Shown here: in pieces, positions 37,059 to 46,897 of the stretch
Position numbering within the stretch: the stretch's first letter is position 1
Layout of the letters: each line of letters begins with the position of its first letter
From: Chloroflexota bacterium
GTDB lineage: Bacteria > Chloroflexota > Chloroflexia > Thermomicrobiales > UBA6265
Direction: 5' to 3'
DNA: 64,000 nt
Assembly (NCBI GenBank): GCA_023389575.1
Contig: JAEWEG010000058.1
Coordinates: forward strand, 15,764 to 79,763
Notes under the pieces: model-generated
The model's database searches: none
What the model was told of the DNA's origin: nothing
The model's input: the letters and a program-made list of their open reading frames with translations, nothing else
Program-made: the position numbers and the translations under genes

Positions 37059-38312
37059 CTAGTCAGTCTCGCCTGGATTCGCTTCCATTTGGCGCCGAAT
37101 GGCGCGCGTGGCGGGGCCGGGATCGTCGCCCGTCAGGAACAGGAGCACATCGTCTGGGCGCGCGGTCTTGATTGCCCGGTTGATGGCCCGGCGTTCGGTG
37201 GGCAGGTACACCGCCAGGGGCGGGTAATCGTTGATGGCGATGCCCTTGCGCAGGATGTCGATCAGGTCGGGATTCGTATTTGAGTGCAGGATGATCGCGC
37301 CGGGATACCGCCCGAGTACGCGTCCCGCTTCCTGGAGATCGTTCGCGGGGTGCTTCGCCAGGTCACCGAGCACCGTTATCTGCCGGCGACGTCCGCCGGG
37401 GTTGATGGCGCGGAGCAGGGACTTGAGGTGCCACGACGGTGACGCCATGTCGACCACGGCTCGATAGCCGTCGACCTCGAAGATGTTGAACGAGCCCGGC
37501 AACAAGTCATCGGAGGCGTGGAACTGCCTGAGGGCCGAGGCGATCGTCTCCTGGTCGATGCCGACCGAGGAGGCGACGGCCGAGGCGATCATGGCGCTGC
37601 TGATTTCGAACGACGCGGCGCCACCCAGCCCGCATGGGATCGCTTTCGTGGGCACGAGTTGCTGGTGGGTTTCGGCATCGCCTAGCACGATGGTCTTGTC
37701 CTCGAGCCAGGCGCCAGACCCGCCGCTCTCCAGATGCCGCCTGAGACCGGGGGCGTCGATGGAGAGCGCCGTCACGATGGACGTGCATGGCGCGTCGCGG
37801 GTCGCCTCCATAAGCGTGTAGTCATCCACGTGAATGACCAGCACGCCATTTCCGTGGACGGCCGACGACGCACGCATGGCGCCCCTCCAGATGGCGTCGC
37901 TTTCCGATAACGGCGGCGCATCGACGCTCCCAGCCATGTTGGTGATGGCGACGACCGGGTAGGATGATGGCGGCAGGCCGACCGCGTTAATCGTCGACCA
38001 GTGAAGCTCCTGGACCGCGACGTCGATGGTGCCCTCGGCGAGCCGGGAAAGCGCGAGCGACCAGCCGCTGATCTCGCCACGTTGTCGCTTGCCCCGGATG
38101 TCGATGCCCAGATCCGTCCACGTGGCGGTGCGAAGATGCGCCTCGGTGAAGATCGCGTCGAGCATCCGGACCACGGTGCTCTTGCCCCTGCCTCCGGCAA
38201 CGCCGATGACCGGCAGGAGCCCGCGTTCGAGCGTGTCCCGCTGCCAGGAACGGAAGTTGGGAGCGGACTTGAGGAAGGACGAGGGCGCCTCGCGACCAAC
38301 ATTGATCGTCAC
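37059..38312 (-). CDS. Mur-ligase-like domain protein (function unknown)
   Basis: Variant P-loop VIGVAGGRGKSTV and Mur-ligase-like central and C-terminal layout. Last gene of the glmS-tatD-rdgB string. Confidence 0.45.
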   Translation of the reverse strand: MTINVGREAPSSFLKSAPNFRSWQRDTLERGLLPVIGVAGGRGKSTVVRMLDAIFTEAHLRTATWTDLGIDIRGKRQRGEISGWSLALSRLAEGTIDVAVQELHWSTINAVGLPPSSYPVVAITNMAGSVDAPPLSESDAIWRGAMRASSAVHGNGVLVIHVDDYTLMEATRDAPCTSIVTALSIDAPGLRRHLESGGSGAWLEDKTIVLGDAETHQQLVPTKAIPCGLGGAASFEISSAMIASAVASSVGIDQETIASALRQFHASDDLLPGSFNIFEVDGYRAVVDMASPSWHLKSLLRAINPGGRRRQITVLGDLAKHPANDLQEAGRVLGRYPGAIILHSNTNPDLIDILRKGIAINDYPPLAVYLPTERRAINRAIKTARPDDVLLFLTGDDPGPATRAIRRQMEANPGETD

Positions 38313-38938
38313 GGCGCACCAACACTCTCGGCATGTTCCGTCAGCCAGAGCGAAGCGCGAAGCACCGGAAGGATTTCGCGCACCGCGTGGCCCCGGTGGC
38401 TGATGGATCCCTTCTCGCCGGGAGTGAGTTCGGCCATGGTCTTGCCGGACGGCAACTCGAAGATGGGGTCGTAGCCGAAACCGTTCGTGCCGCGCTCGTC
38501 CATGGTGATGCGGCCCTCGCAGGTTCCGCGGACGATGTGGGAGTTGCCTTCACGGTCGATGAGCACGATGGAAGCGACGAACCGGGCGCTTCGATCCAGC
38601 GATGGGTCGGCGGAAAGGGTGGAGAGAAGCAGCTTCCGGTTGTCACTGTCGTTGTGTTGATCGCCGGCGTACCTGGCGGATCGGACGCCCGGCGCGCCGC
38701 CGAGGCCGGTAACTTCCAGGCCGGAGTCGTCGGCGAGGATTACGTCACCGGAGTGCTCGTGGAGGAATCGCGCCTTGATCATGGCGTTCTCTTCGAAGGT
38801 GCTCCCGGTTTCCTCTGGCGAATCGAGACCAAGGTCATCGAGCGAGACGATGTCGACCTGATGCTCGAGCAGGTCGCGGAACTCGCGAATCTTGCCGGGA
38901 TTGTTCGAGGCCAGTACCAGCCTGGGGCGGTTAGTCAT
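38309..38938 (-). CDS. rdgB: Non-canonical purine NTP pyrophosphatase (RdgB/HAM1)
   Basis: LVLASNNPGKIREF...FGYDPIF...SHR. Confidence 0.9.
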   Translation of the reverse strand: MTNRPRLVLASNNPGKIREFRDLLEHQVDIVSLDDLGLDSPEETGSTFEENAMIKARFLHEHSGDVILADDSGLEVTGLGGAPGVRSARYAGDQHNDSDNRKLLLSTLSADPSLDRSARFVASIVLIDREGNSHIVRGTCEGRITMDERGTNGFGYDPIFELPSGKTMAELTPGEKGSISHRGHAVREILPVLRASLWLTEHAESVGAP

Positions 38939-39752
38939 GGTCGGGGAGCCTTTCGAAGAGACGTTCGGCGTTGGCGGTAGTTATTTGGGCGATATCGGCC
39001 ACGTCGCGCTGGAAAAGATCGGCAAGTGATTTGGCGATGACCGGGATCGACTCGGGCGTGTTTCGGCGGTGCTTGAACCCATTTGGGACCAGGTACGGTG
39101 AGTCGGTCTCGAGCACGATTCGGTCTAGGGGAATCCGGGCGATGTGACTGCGCAGATCGGCGGATTTCTTCCTAGTGGCGAGCCCACCCACGCCAATATA
39201 CGAGCCTGACGCGATGATCCATCTGGTGAGTTCCTCCGTGCCATCGAAACTATGGAAGAGGATGGTTGGCAGTGCGGAGGCCGAGCGGAGGACTTCGAGC
39301 ATGAGCTGTTCCGAGTCGCGCATGTGGATGGCGACCGGCAGGCCGAACTCCCGGGCGATTTCCAGTTGTTCCGTGAAGGCCTCTATCTGGATGCTCTTGT
39401 TGGTTTCGCCCCGATAAAAGTCCAGACCGATCTCACCGACGGCCACTGGGCGTGAGGAGTCGATCGCGGTCCGAAGGTCGTCGCGCACGCTGGGCGACCA
39501 GAGATCGGCGTTGCCGGGATGGAGTCCCAGCATGTGGGACATGCCGGGGTAGTGAGTCGCAAGCTCGATCGATGCCGGCCATCGTCCGGGGTTGAACCCA
39601 ACGTTGATCCAGCGTGTGACACCAACCGCCGCCGCCCGGTCCAGGACGTCGTCAAGTTCTCCATTGAACGACTCGTCATCGAGATGGCAATGCGTATCAA
39701 CGAGGCGGAGAACGTTCTCCGCCTCGTTGTGCTTCGCGGGTTTTGCGGTCAT
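38931..39752 (-). CDS. tatD: TatD-family metal-dependent hydrolase
   Basis: VDTHCHLDDESF...GEIGLDFY...HSF...ETDSPYL. Confidence 0.85.
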   Translation of the reverse strand: MTAKPAKHNEAENVLRLVDTHCHLDDESFNGELDDVLDRAAAVGVTRWINVGFNPGRWPASIELATHYPGMSHMLGLHPGNADLWSPSVRDDLRTAIDSSRPVAVGEIGLDFYRGETNKSIQIEAFTEQLEIAREFGLPVAIHMRDSEQLMLEVLRSASALPTILFHSFDGTEELTRWIIASGSYIGVGGLATRKKSADLRSHIARIPLDRIVLETDSPYLVPNGFKHRRNTPESIPVIAKSLADLFQRDVADIAQITTANAERLFERLPDHD

Positions 39753-39759
39753 GTTCTCG

Positions 39760-41520
39760 CTATTTTACCGTCACACTCTTCGCGAGGTTGCGGGGGTAAT
39801 CCGGATCGAGGTTCCGCTGGATGGCCACGCGATAGGCGAGCGACTGGGCTACGAAAATCTGCACGAGGGCGTTCGCCGGACCATGATCGAGGAAGGAAAA
39901 TTGCTGATCCACGCCACGATCCAGGTGCAGCCCGATACCAATAGTGTACCCCCCACGACTGTGGAGCTCCTGGGCGGTTGACGAGGTATCGGTGACGAAC
40001 CGGTCGTTCGTGGTGAAAACCAGGCAGGGGGTGCCGGGCTCGATGAGGGCGATGGCGCCATGTTTCAGTTCACCGGCGGCGAAGGCCTCGGCGTGTACGT
40101 AGCTCGCTTCCTTGATCTTCAGCGCGGCTTCCTGGGCCACCCCATGGCCATCGCCCTTGCCGACCACGTAGACGTGCTCGGAGTTGGCGATCACGTCGCT
40201 GACCGAGGCGATGAACGCCTCCAGGTCCGGGTTGGTCCAGAGATCGTCCAGTGTCGCGGCGACCTGGCGAAGCGCGTCTTCTAGCTCGTCGAGCCGGTCG
40301 TCCAGGATGTACGCGGCCGACAGCAGCCGGCTGAGCATGCCCAGAAGGGACTTGGTGGCGAGGACGGACCGCTCGCGGCCGGCGTCCAGGGAGATGACAT
40401 CGCTGGCCATGCGAGCGGCGCTGGAGTGGACCACGTTGGTGATGGTGACGAGCCTGGCACCGTGCGACTCCGCCGTTCGCATCGCTTCCAGCACATCGGC
40501 GGTCTCGCCACTCTGGGTGATGGAGACCACGAGCGTGCCGGCGTCCAGGAACGGAGCGACATCATCGAATTCCGAGGCGGGAACCGCCACCGCTCGCCGG
40601 CCCGCCATGTGGCCGAGCCAGGACGCTCCGATGCGCGCCGCGTAATAGGCGGAGCCGCAGCCGGTGAGGATGACCTGGTTTGCCGCGGCGATCTGGCTCG
40701 CGAGGCGTTGGGACGCCTCGATGTCCTGGAGGTGTCGTCGCAGCACGGTTGGCTGCTCCGACATCTCCTTGGTCATGAAATGGCTGTGGATGCCGAGTTC
40801 CTCGACGGAGGCATCGGGCACGTCGTGCGCGTCCGGGAGCGGCAGTTGCTGGCCGTCGTAGGAGATGGCGGTGATGCCATTCGCGTCCAGGCGGATGACG
40901 GCACCATTGGGCGCGATGACCATGCTGGACGCCTTGCCGGCCAGGGCGAACGGATCGGAGGCGATGCAGGCGCCGTCCTCGCCCATGCCGACCACGAGCG
41001 GCGAGACGTTCATGGCGGCGGCGATGACCTCGCTCTCCTGGTCGATCGCGATCACGGCGTTCTGGCCGGCGAGCCGGGGAAAGACCTCGCATAGGGCCTC
41101 AACGATGGTGGAACCAGCGTTGACGCGCTCGCCGAGCATGTGGGCGATGACCTCGGAATCGGTTTCGGATCGAAACGCGAGTCCGGGGGGCAGCTCAAGC
41201 TGAAGCTCGACGGCGTTTTCAACGATGCCGTTGTGGACGATGGCGACCCGGCCAGTGCTGTCCAGATGCGGATGGGCGTTGCTGTCGGTCACGCCACCGT
41301 GCGTGGCCCAGCGGGTGTGGCCGACAGCGATGCGCGACATGGCGTCGAATGTGAACGAGGTCGGGACCTTGCCGATCTTCTTCACGGTTTCGAGGCGCTG
41401 ATCGGCCTTCCAGACGATGCCCCAGGAGTCGTAGCCCCGGTATTCAAGGCTCTTGAGGGCCTTGCCGACGGTGGTGGTCACGGAGCGCTCGGTTCCGACG
41501 TAGCCAAAGATTCCACACAT
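39760..41520 (-). CDS. glmS: Glutamine--fructose-6-phosphate aminotransferase
   Basis: Starts MCGIFGYVG (catalytic Cys2) after GGAGG. Two SIS domains; ends ...NLAKSVTVK. The 70-codon ORF extension to 41730 is rejected. Confidence 0.95.
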   Translation of the reverse strand: MCGIFGYVGTERSVTTTVGKALKSLEYRGYDSWGIVWKADQRLETVKKIGKVPTSFTFDAMSRIAVGHTRWATHGGVTDSNAHPHLDSTGRVAIVHNGIVENAVELQLELPPGLAFRSETDSEVIAHMLGERVNAGSTIVEALCEVFPRLAGQNAVIAIDQESEVIAAAMNVSPLVVGMGEDGACIASDPFALAGKASSMVIAPNGAVIRLDANGITAISYDGQQLPLPDAHDVPDASVEELGIHSHFMTKEMSEQPTVLRRHLQDIEASQRLASQIAAANQVILTGCGSAYYAARIGASWLGHMAGRRAVAVPASEFDDVAPFLDAGTLVVSITQSGETADVLEAMRTAESHGARLVTITNVVHSSAARMASDVISLDAGRERSVLATKSLLGMLSRLLSAAYILDDRLDELEDALRQVAATLDDLWTNPDLEAFIASVSDVIANSEHVYVVGKGDGHGVAQEAALKIKEASYVHAEAFAAGELKHGAIALIEPGTPCLVFTTNDRFVTDTSSTAQELHSRGGYTIGIGLHLDRGVDQQFSFLDHGPANALVQIFVAQSLAYRVAIQRNLDPDYPRNLAKSVTVK

Positions 41521-41719
41521 AACGATTCCTCCCCGGAAAATGCCCGCGACGGCGCGTCGCGCGACATGGAGAGCCCGCCTGATTGGCATGCGGTATCGAT
41601 GCATTCGCTCCATGCCGCGAGGCATGGCGATAACGCAACAGGCAAGGGCCCGGAATTGGTTGTCCAAGCAATTGGGGAGAGGGGAGGGGAGCGGTCCAAG
41701 CCGCTGCGTGTGATGCCAC

Positions 41720-41857
41720 GTGTGAACCACTTTGTCGATTCGTCGCCGAACCGGTTTGTTGGTGCACTAACGACCGTGGTTGCCGGGGAATCATCCGCCG
41801 AATGTTTCGATGAATTCCCGCCTCGTCAACTCGATGTCCTGTCGAGTCCTGGCGCTA
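41720..41857 (-). ncRNA. glmS ribozyme (GlcN6P-dependent self-cleaving riboswitch)
   Basis: Minus strand: A/GCGCCAGGAC...GAGTTGACGAGGCGGGAATTCATCGAAACATTCGGCGGATGATTCCCCGGC...CCAACAAACCGG...GACAAAG. This matches remembered core blocks (AGCGCC, UUGACGAGG, AUCGAA-UUCGGCGGAUG, CCCGGC). The 3' boundary is approximate. Confidence 0.8.
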
Positions 41858-42012
41858 ATGGGGTAACGGATAAAGCCTCCCTGTCATCCCTGAGACGAAT
41901 GGTACGTCGCCGGTGGTGGATCGGCAACCACCTGCCCGTATACTGAAGGCGCGCAATCGGCCGCTGCGCATGTCCCCGCGGCCGGCACGACCACGTTAAC
42001 AGGAGCGATCTG

Positions 42013-43326
42013 GTGATCGACCGATATACCCGTCCGGAAATGGGCGCCATCTGGACCGATGAGGCGAAGATCCAGCAGTGGCTCGCCGTGGAGATTTCCG
42101 TCTGTGAGGCCTGGGCGCGAAGAGGACGGATTCCCGCCGACGCGATGGAGGCGATTCGAGGCGCCAGTTGCGACCTGGAGCGGATGCGCGAGATCGAACG
42201 CGAGACTGATCATGACGTGATTGCGTTCCTGCGGGCCGTGGGAGAGACGGTTGGCGACGCATCGCGTTTCATCCACCTCGGCCTGACGTCGTCCGACGTC
42301 GTCGACACCGGCCTGGCGATCCAGTCGCGCAACGCCGGGAATCTCTTGATGACCGATCTCGACCATCTGATCGAGGTTGTCGCCAGGCGGGCGGTGGAAC
42401 ACAAGCGCACCTTGACCATCGGCCGGTCACACGGCATGCACGCGGAGCCAACCACGTTCGGGCTGAAGCTCGCCGTGTGGTACGACGAGCTTCGGCGGCA
42501 CAAGGCACGCCTGGCGCTCGCGAATGATGACATCGCGGTCGGACAGATTTCGGGCGCGGTGGGGACGCACGCGCACATTCCACCCGACCTTGAGGAAGAG
42601 GTATGCAAGGATCTCGGTATCGGGGTCGAACTGGCGTCGAACCAGGTCGTGCAGCGAGACCGGCACGCGTTCTTCCTCTCCGTGCTGGCGGGTATCGCCG
42701 GGACGCTGGAGAAGATGACCGTGGAGATCAGGCACCTCCAGCGAACCGAAGTCGGCGAGGCCGAGGAGTACTTCGGCGAGGGCAACCAGGGATCGTCGGC
42801 GATGCCGCACAAGCGCAATCCGCACCAGTCGGAGCGCATCGCGGGATTGGCGCGGCTGGTGCGCGGGTACGCGCAGACCGGATACGAGAACGTGCCGCTG
42901 TGGCACGAACGGGACATCAGCCACAGCTCCGCCGAGCGGGTGATCTTCCCCGACGCGTGCGTCGTCACGGACTTCATGCTGGCCGAGACCGCTGAACTGA
43001 TCGACGAACTGGTGGTGTACCCGGACCGCATGCTCCGCAATCTGGAGTCAACCGGTGGCCTTATTTACTCGCAGCGGGTGTTGCTGGCGCTGGTGGACGC
43101 GGGACTCGACCGGCAGGAAGCCTACAAGCTGGTCCAGCGCCACGCCCACTCCGCCTGGAGTGAGGGCGACACGTTCAAGGACGTGATCGCGGCCGACCCA
43201 GTCGTCAGCGAGCGACTTGACGCCGCTCAGCTGGCGGAGCTGTTCGACCCGTGGCAACAACTCGTTTATCTCGATGCGTCGTTCGCGCGTCTGGGACTGG
43301 GGGAGCCGGCCCATGCGGCACGCTGA
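42013..43326 (+). CDS. purB: Adenylosuccinate lyase
   Basis: MIDRYTRPEM..IW...; SSAMPHKRNP signature; GTG start after AGGAG. Confidence 0.95.
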   Translation: MIDRYTRPEMGAIWTDEAKIQQWLAVEISVCEAWARRGRIPADAMEAIRGASCDLERMREIERETDHDVIAFLRAVGETVGDASRFIHLGLTSSDVVDTGLAIQSRNAGNLLMTDLDHLIEVVARRAVEHKRTLTIGRSHGMHAEPTTFGLKLAVWYDELRRHKARLALANDDIAVGQISGAVGTHAHIPPDLEEEVCKDLGIGVELASNQVVQRDRHAFFLSVLAGIAGTLEKMTVEIRHLQRTEVGEAEEYFGEGNQGSSAMPHKRNPHQSERIAGLARLVRGYAQTGYENVPLWHERDISHSSAERVIFPDACVVTDFMLAETAELIDELVVYPDRMLRNLESTGGLIYSQRVLLALVDAGLDRQEAYKLVQRHAHSAWSEGDTFKDVIAADPVVSERLDAAQLAELFDPWQQLVYLDASFARLGLGEPAHAAR

Positions 43327-44224
43327 TTCCGGGACCGGCGCGGTGGTGGAAATCGACGGACTGCCATATCCGCTCTTTCGCCGGGGGAAGGTCCGGGATG
43401 TCTTCGACCTCGGTGATCGCCTGCTGATCGTCGCCACCGACAGGCTTTCCGCGTTCGACGTCGTGCTGCCGACGCCGATCCCCGGCAAGGGCCGGATCCT
43501 GACCGCGATTTCCGAGTTCTGGTTCGATCAGACGGAAGGCCTCGTGCCGAACCACCGGAGCGGAGATCCCCTCGATTCGCTGGATTTGAGCGAAGAGGCA
43601 CTCTCCATCCTGAATGGTCGCGCCTCGATCGTGAGGAAGGCGGAGCGGATCGATATCGAATGCGTGGTCCGAGGGAACATCGCCGGGTCTGGCTGGAAGG
43701 AATACGCCGCCTCCGGAACGCTGGCGGGCGAGGCATTGCCAGTTGGATTGAGCCGGGGTGACGAACTCCCGGAGCCACGGTTTACGCCCGCGGCCAAGAA
43801 TGACACGGGGCACGACGAGAACATCAGCGTGGACCAGTTGCGGTCCATCGTGGGTCGCGAGATGGCCGATGCGCTGGAGCAGCGAAGCCTGGAACTTTTC
43901 GGCTTTGCGCGAGGTCTCGCGCGGCAGGCGGGATTCGTGCTGGCGGACACCAAGTTCGAGTTCGGCATGATCGACGGCCAACTCGCGCTGATCGATGAGG
44001 CGCTGACGCCAGACAGTTCGCGCTATTGGGACGTGGCGAGCTGGACGCCTGGGACGGAACCGCCGAGTTTCGACAAGCAGGTGATCCGCGACTGGCTGGA
44101 GGATTCGGGCTGGAACAAGGAAGCCCCGGGACCGGAGCTTCCGGCCGCCATTGTGGAATCCGCGCGACAGAAATATGCGGAAGTACTCGAAAGATTGATG
44201 GGCATCAAGGAGGTCGGATCGTGA
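43313..44224 (+). CDS. purC: Phosphoribosylaminoimidazole-succinocarboxamide synthase
   Basis: RGKVRDVFDLGDRLLIVATDRLSAFD...; internal ATG of ORF 43217..44224. Confidence 0.9.
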   Translation: MRHADSGTGAVVEIDGLPYPLFRRGKVRDVFDLGDRLLIVATDRLSAFDVVLPTPIPGKGRILTAISEFWFDQTEGLVPNHRSGDPLDSLDLSEEALSILNGRASIVRKAERIDIECVVRGNIAGSGWKEYAASGTLAGEALPVGLSRGDELPEPRFTPAAKNDTGHDENISVDQLRSIVGREMADALEQRSLELFGFARGLARQAGFVLADTKFEFGMIDGQLALIDEALTPDSSRYWDVASWTPGTEPPSFDKQVIRDWLEDSGWNKEAPGPELPAAIVESARQKYAEVLERLMGIKEVGS

Positions 44225-44496
44225 CAGAGGCATCAGGTGGGCGGCGCTGGATCATCGAGGCGGAGATCATGCCGAAGCAGGGCGTCAACGACCCTCAGGG
44301 CGAAGCGGTGATGTCCGGACTTCGCTCGCTCTCGTTCGAGGCGACCGAGCGGGTCCGGGTCGGGAAGCTGATCCGGGTCGAGGTTTCGGCCGACACCGAG
44401 CAGGACGCGCTTTCGCAGGGTACGGCGATGTGCGAGCAGTTGCTGGCCAACCCCGTGATCGAGGAGTTCGTCGTTTCGGCCGCGCGAATCGGCTAG
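44221..44496 (+). CDS. purS: Phosphoribosylformylglycinamidine synthase subunit PurS
   Basis: KQGVNDPQGEAV...L..LGF; GTG start overlapping the purC stop. Confidence 0.8.
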   Translation: MTEASGGRRWIIEAEIMPKQGVNDPQGEAVMSGLRSLSFEATERVRVGKLIRVEVSADTEQDALSQGTAMCEQLLANPVIEEFVVSAARIG

Positions 44497-44506
44497 GGGA
44501 GAGGAT

Positions 44507-45211
44507 GTGGTGACGGACATGCGTATTGGTGTGATCTCGTTTCCGGGCAGCAATGGCGATCATGACGCGCTGCATTCCTTCGAGCACGATCTTGGAGTGG
44601 CCGTCCGCAAGGTCGATTACCGGGAAACGGACCTGTCCGAGTTCGACGCGATCGTGCTGCCTGGCGGGTTCTCGTATGGCGATGCGTTGCGCTGTGGGGC
44701 GATCGCCCGGTTCTCGCCCGTAATGGAGCCGCTTCGCGCGTTCGCGGAGTCGGGCAAGCCGGTGCTGGGCATCTGCAATGGCTTCCAGGTTCTATGCGAG
44801 GCTCACCTGTTGCCAGGAGCCCTGCTGCGAAACCGGACCCTGAAGTTCCACTGCCATCGCACCAACATCAGGATCGAGAATACGAGCACGGCCTGGACTT
44901 CCGCGCTGGAAGAGGGCGATGTCCTCAACCTGCCGGTGGCGCACGGCGAGGGCGCGTACTACGCCGATCCCGAGGTCGTCGCCGCGCTGGAGCGCAATGG
45001 ACAGATCGTCGCGCGGTACAGCACGACGGAAGGCGAGATCACTGACGAGGCGAACGCCAACGGCTCGGTCGATGGCATCGCGGCGGTCTGCAACGAGCGC
45101 GGCAACGTGGTGGGGCTCATGCCGCACCCTGAGCGAGCGACCAATGACCTTATCGGTGGCGCGGACGGACTCCGGTTTCTGAAGGGCATCCTGGGTAAGG
45201 TCGCGGCCTGA
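44507..45211 (+). CDS. purQ: Phosphoribosylformylglycinamidine synthase I (glutaminase)
   Basis: MRIGVISFPGSNGDHD...GICNGFQ...MPHPER; the start is 44507 (GTG) or 44519 (ATG). Confidence 0.9.
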   Translation: MVTDMRIGVISFPGSNGDHDALHSFEHDLGVAVRKVDYRETDLSEFDAIVLPGGFSYGDALRCGAIARFSPVMEPLRAFAESGKPVLGICNGFQVLCEAHLLPGALLRNRTLKFHCHRTNIRIENTSTAWTSALEEGDVLNLPVAHGEGAYYADPEVVAALERNGQIVARYSTTEGEITDEANANGSVDGIAAVCNERGNVVGLMPHPERATNDLIGGADGLRFLKGILGKVAA

Positions 45212-45263
45212 AATTGACAAGGGCGAGATGGAATCCTCCGCCCTGGGAAGGGACACCTGTTTG

Positions 45264-46787
45264 ATGGCGAACGAGAAGTACGATCTGCTGCGTGAGCGAC
45301 TGGGCGAAATCGCCGATCTTGGCGGCACGCTGACACATCTGGGGTGGGACCAGCAGACGATCATGCCGAAGGCCAGCGCGGGCATTCGCGCCCGGAGGAT
45401 GGCGACGCTGACCCGGCTGCTCGACGAGCGGTTTTCCTCGGATGAACTTGGCGAGTTGCTGACGGAACTCGAATCGTACGAGCAGGATCTGCCGTTCGAT
45501 TCCGACGAGGCGAGCATCATCCGGGTCACGAGACGCGACTACATCCAGAACCGTCAGGTGCCGACGGACCTGAAGGTCGCGATGAGCGAGGCGCGCAGCG
45601 AGGGCTACGGCAAGTGGAGCGAGGCCAGGGCCGCGTCCGACTTCTCGATTCTCCAGCCGACGCTCGAAAAGATCGTGGACCTTAACAGGCAGGTGATCCA
45701 CCACGTTCGCGAGGCGGACGACTCATACGCCGAGGACTACGACGTGCTGGTGGACAGCTTCGAGCCCCGCCTCAAGTCCTCGGAAATCGCCAGGGTGTTC
45801 GACGAGTTGAAGGCCGCCACCATTCCACTGGTGCGGCACGTCAACGAGCGGACCGACCGGGTGGACGACGCGCTGGTGCATGGTGAGTTCCCGGTTTCGG
45901 TCCAGGAACAGTCCGTCATGCGCCTGGCGAAGCGACTCGGGTTCACGGACGACGCGTGGCGACTGGACGTAACGGAGCATCCGTTCGCCTCTCCGGTAAA
46001 TATCAACGACATCAGGATCACCACTCGGTACCATGACGACTTCTTCAATCCAGCCTGGTTCGGAACGATGCACGAGTTCGGGCACGGTCTTTATGAGCAT
46101 CAGGTGAGTGAGGCCCTCGACCGGACGCCGCTGGTTCGGGGTGCCTCGATGGCGTGGCACGAATCGCAGAGCAGGATGTGGGAGAACCTGATCGGCCGGG
46201 GACGCCCGTTCTGGACCTGGGCTCTGCCGGACCTAAAGGAGACCTATCCCGATCAGTTTGCCTCGGCGACCGAGGACGACATGTACCGGGCGGTGAACAA
46301 GTTCGGCCCGTCGTTTATCCGGGTCGAGGCGGACGAGCTGACCTACAACCTGCACATCATCCTCCGGTTCGAGATCGAGCGGGACCTGTTCTCCGGGAAC
46401 ATCCAGGTGGCCGACCTGCCGGAGGTCTGGAACGACCGGTTCCGGACGTACTTTGGGCTGGACGTGCCAGACGATGCTCAGGGTGTGCTGCAGGACGTTC
46501 ATTGGGGATCGGGGCTGTTTGGGTACTTCGCGACCTACGCCCTCGGCAACGTGGTGGCTTTGCAACTTTGGGACCGGATACGTCGGGAGTTGCCTGATCT
46601 CGACGAGCAGACGGCGCGCGGAGAGTTTGGAGATTTGCGCGAGTGGCTGGGGGAGAACATCCACCAGCACGGCCGCAAATACCTCCCCACCGAACTGCTC
46701 CAACGCGTGGTGGGCGTGGACCAGTTTGACGCGAAGCCGCTGATCGCCTATCTCACGAACAAGGTGACCGAACTCTACGGCGAGTAG
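45264..46787 (+). CDS. M32 (Taq-type) metallocarboxypeptidase
   Basis: HEFGHGLY zinc motif, DVHW, GYF.TYALGN; internal ATG of ORF 45228..46787. Confidence 0.85.
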   Translation: MANEKYDLLRERLGEIADLGGTLTHLGWDQQTIMPKASAGIRARRMATLTRLLDERFSSDELGELLTELESYEQDLPFDSDEASIIRVTRRDYIQNRQVPTDLKVAMSEARSEGYGKWSEARAASDFSILQPTLEKIVDLNRQVIHHVREADDSYAEDYDVLVDSFEPRLKSSEIARVFDELKAATIPLVRHVNERTDRVDDALVHGEFPVSVQEQSVMRLAKRLGFTDDAWRLDVTEHPFASPVNINDIRITTRYHDDFFNPAWFGTMHEFGHGLYEHQVSEALDRTPLVRGASMAWHESQSRMWENLIGRGRPFWTWALPDLKETYPDQFASATEDDMYRAVNKFGPSFIRVEADELTYNLHIILRFEIERDLFSGNIQVADLPEVWNDRFRTYFGLDVPDDAQGVLQDVHWGSGLFGYFATYALGNVVALQLWDRIRRELPDLDEQTARGEFGDLREWLGENIHQHGRKYLPTELLQRVVGVDQFDAKPLIAYLTNKVTELYGE

Positions 46788-46810
46788 GCAACCAGCCGCA
46801 TCGAAACATG

Positions 46811-46850
46811 ACGAAACCCGGTGTTCGAACGTTCGAACACCGGGTTTCGT
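46811..46850. terminator. Perfect 20+20 palindrome, bidirectional terminator
   Basis: acgaaacccggtgttcgaac/gttcgaacaccgggtttcgt between convergent genes. Confidence 0.8.
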
Positions 46851-46897
46851 CTACATAACAGGCGGGTGACCAGGTAGGGGAGGTGAGGCCCCGGGCC

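Noticed and set aside
41521-41730. 70-codon N-terminal extension of the glmS ORF.
   Set aside because: GlmS must begin Met-Cys (MCGIFGY at 41520, with a GGAGG RBS). The extension lies in the ribozyme-containing leader.
43205-44233. 342-aa minus-strand ORF; also 46883..47845 (+) and 51771..52871 (-).
   Set aside because: They are antisense to purC, the dehydrogenase and the DUF2298 gene respectively, and have Arg-rich artefactual composition.
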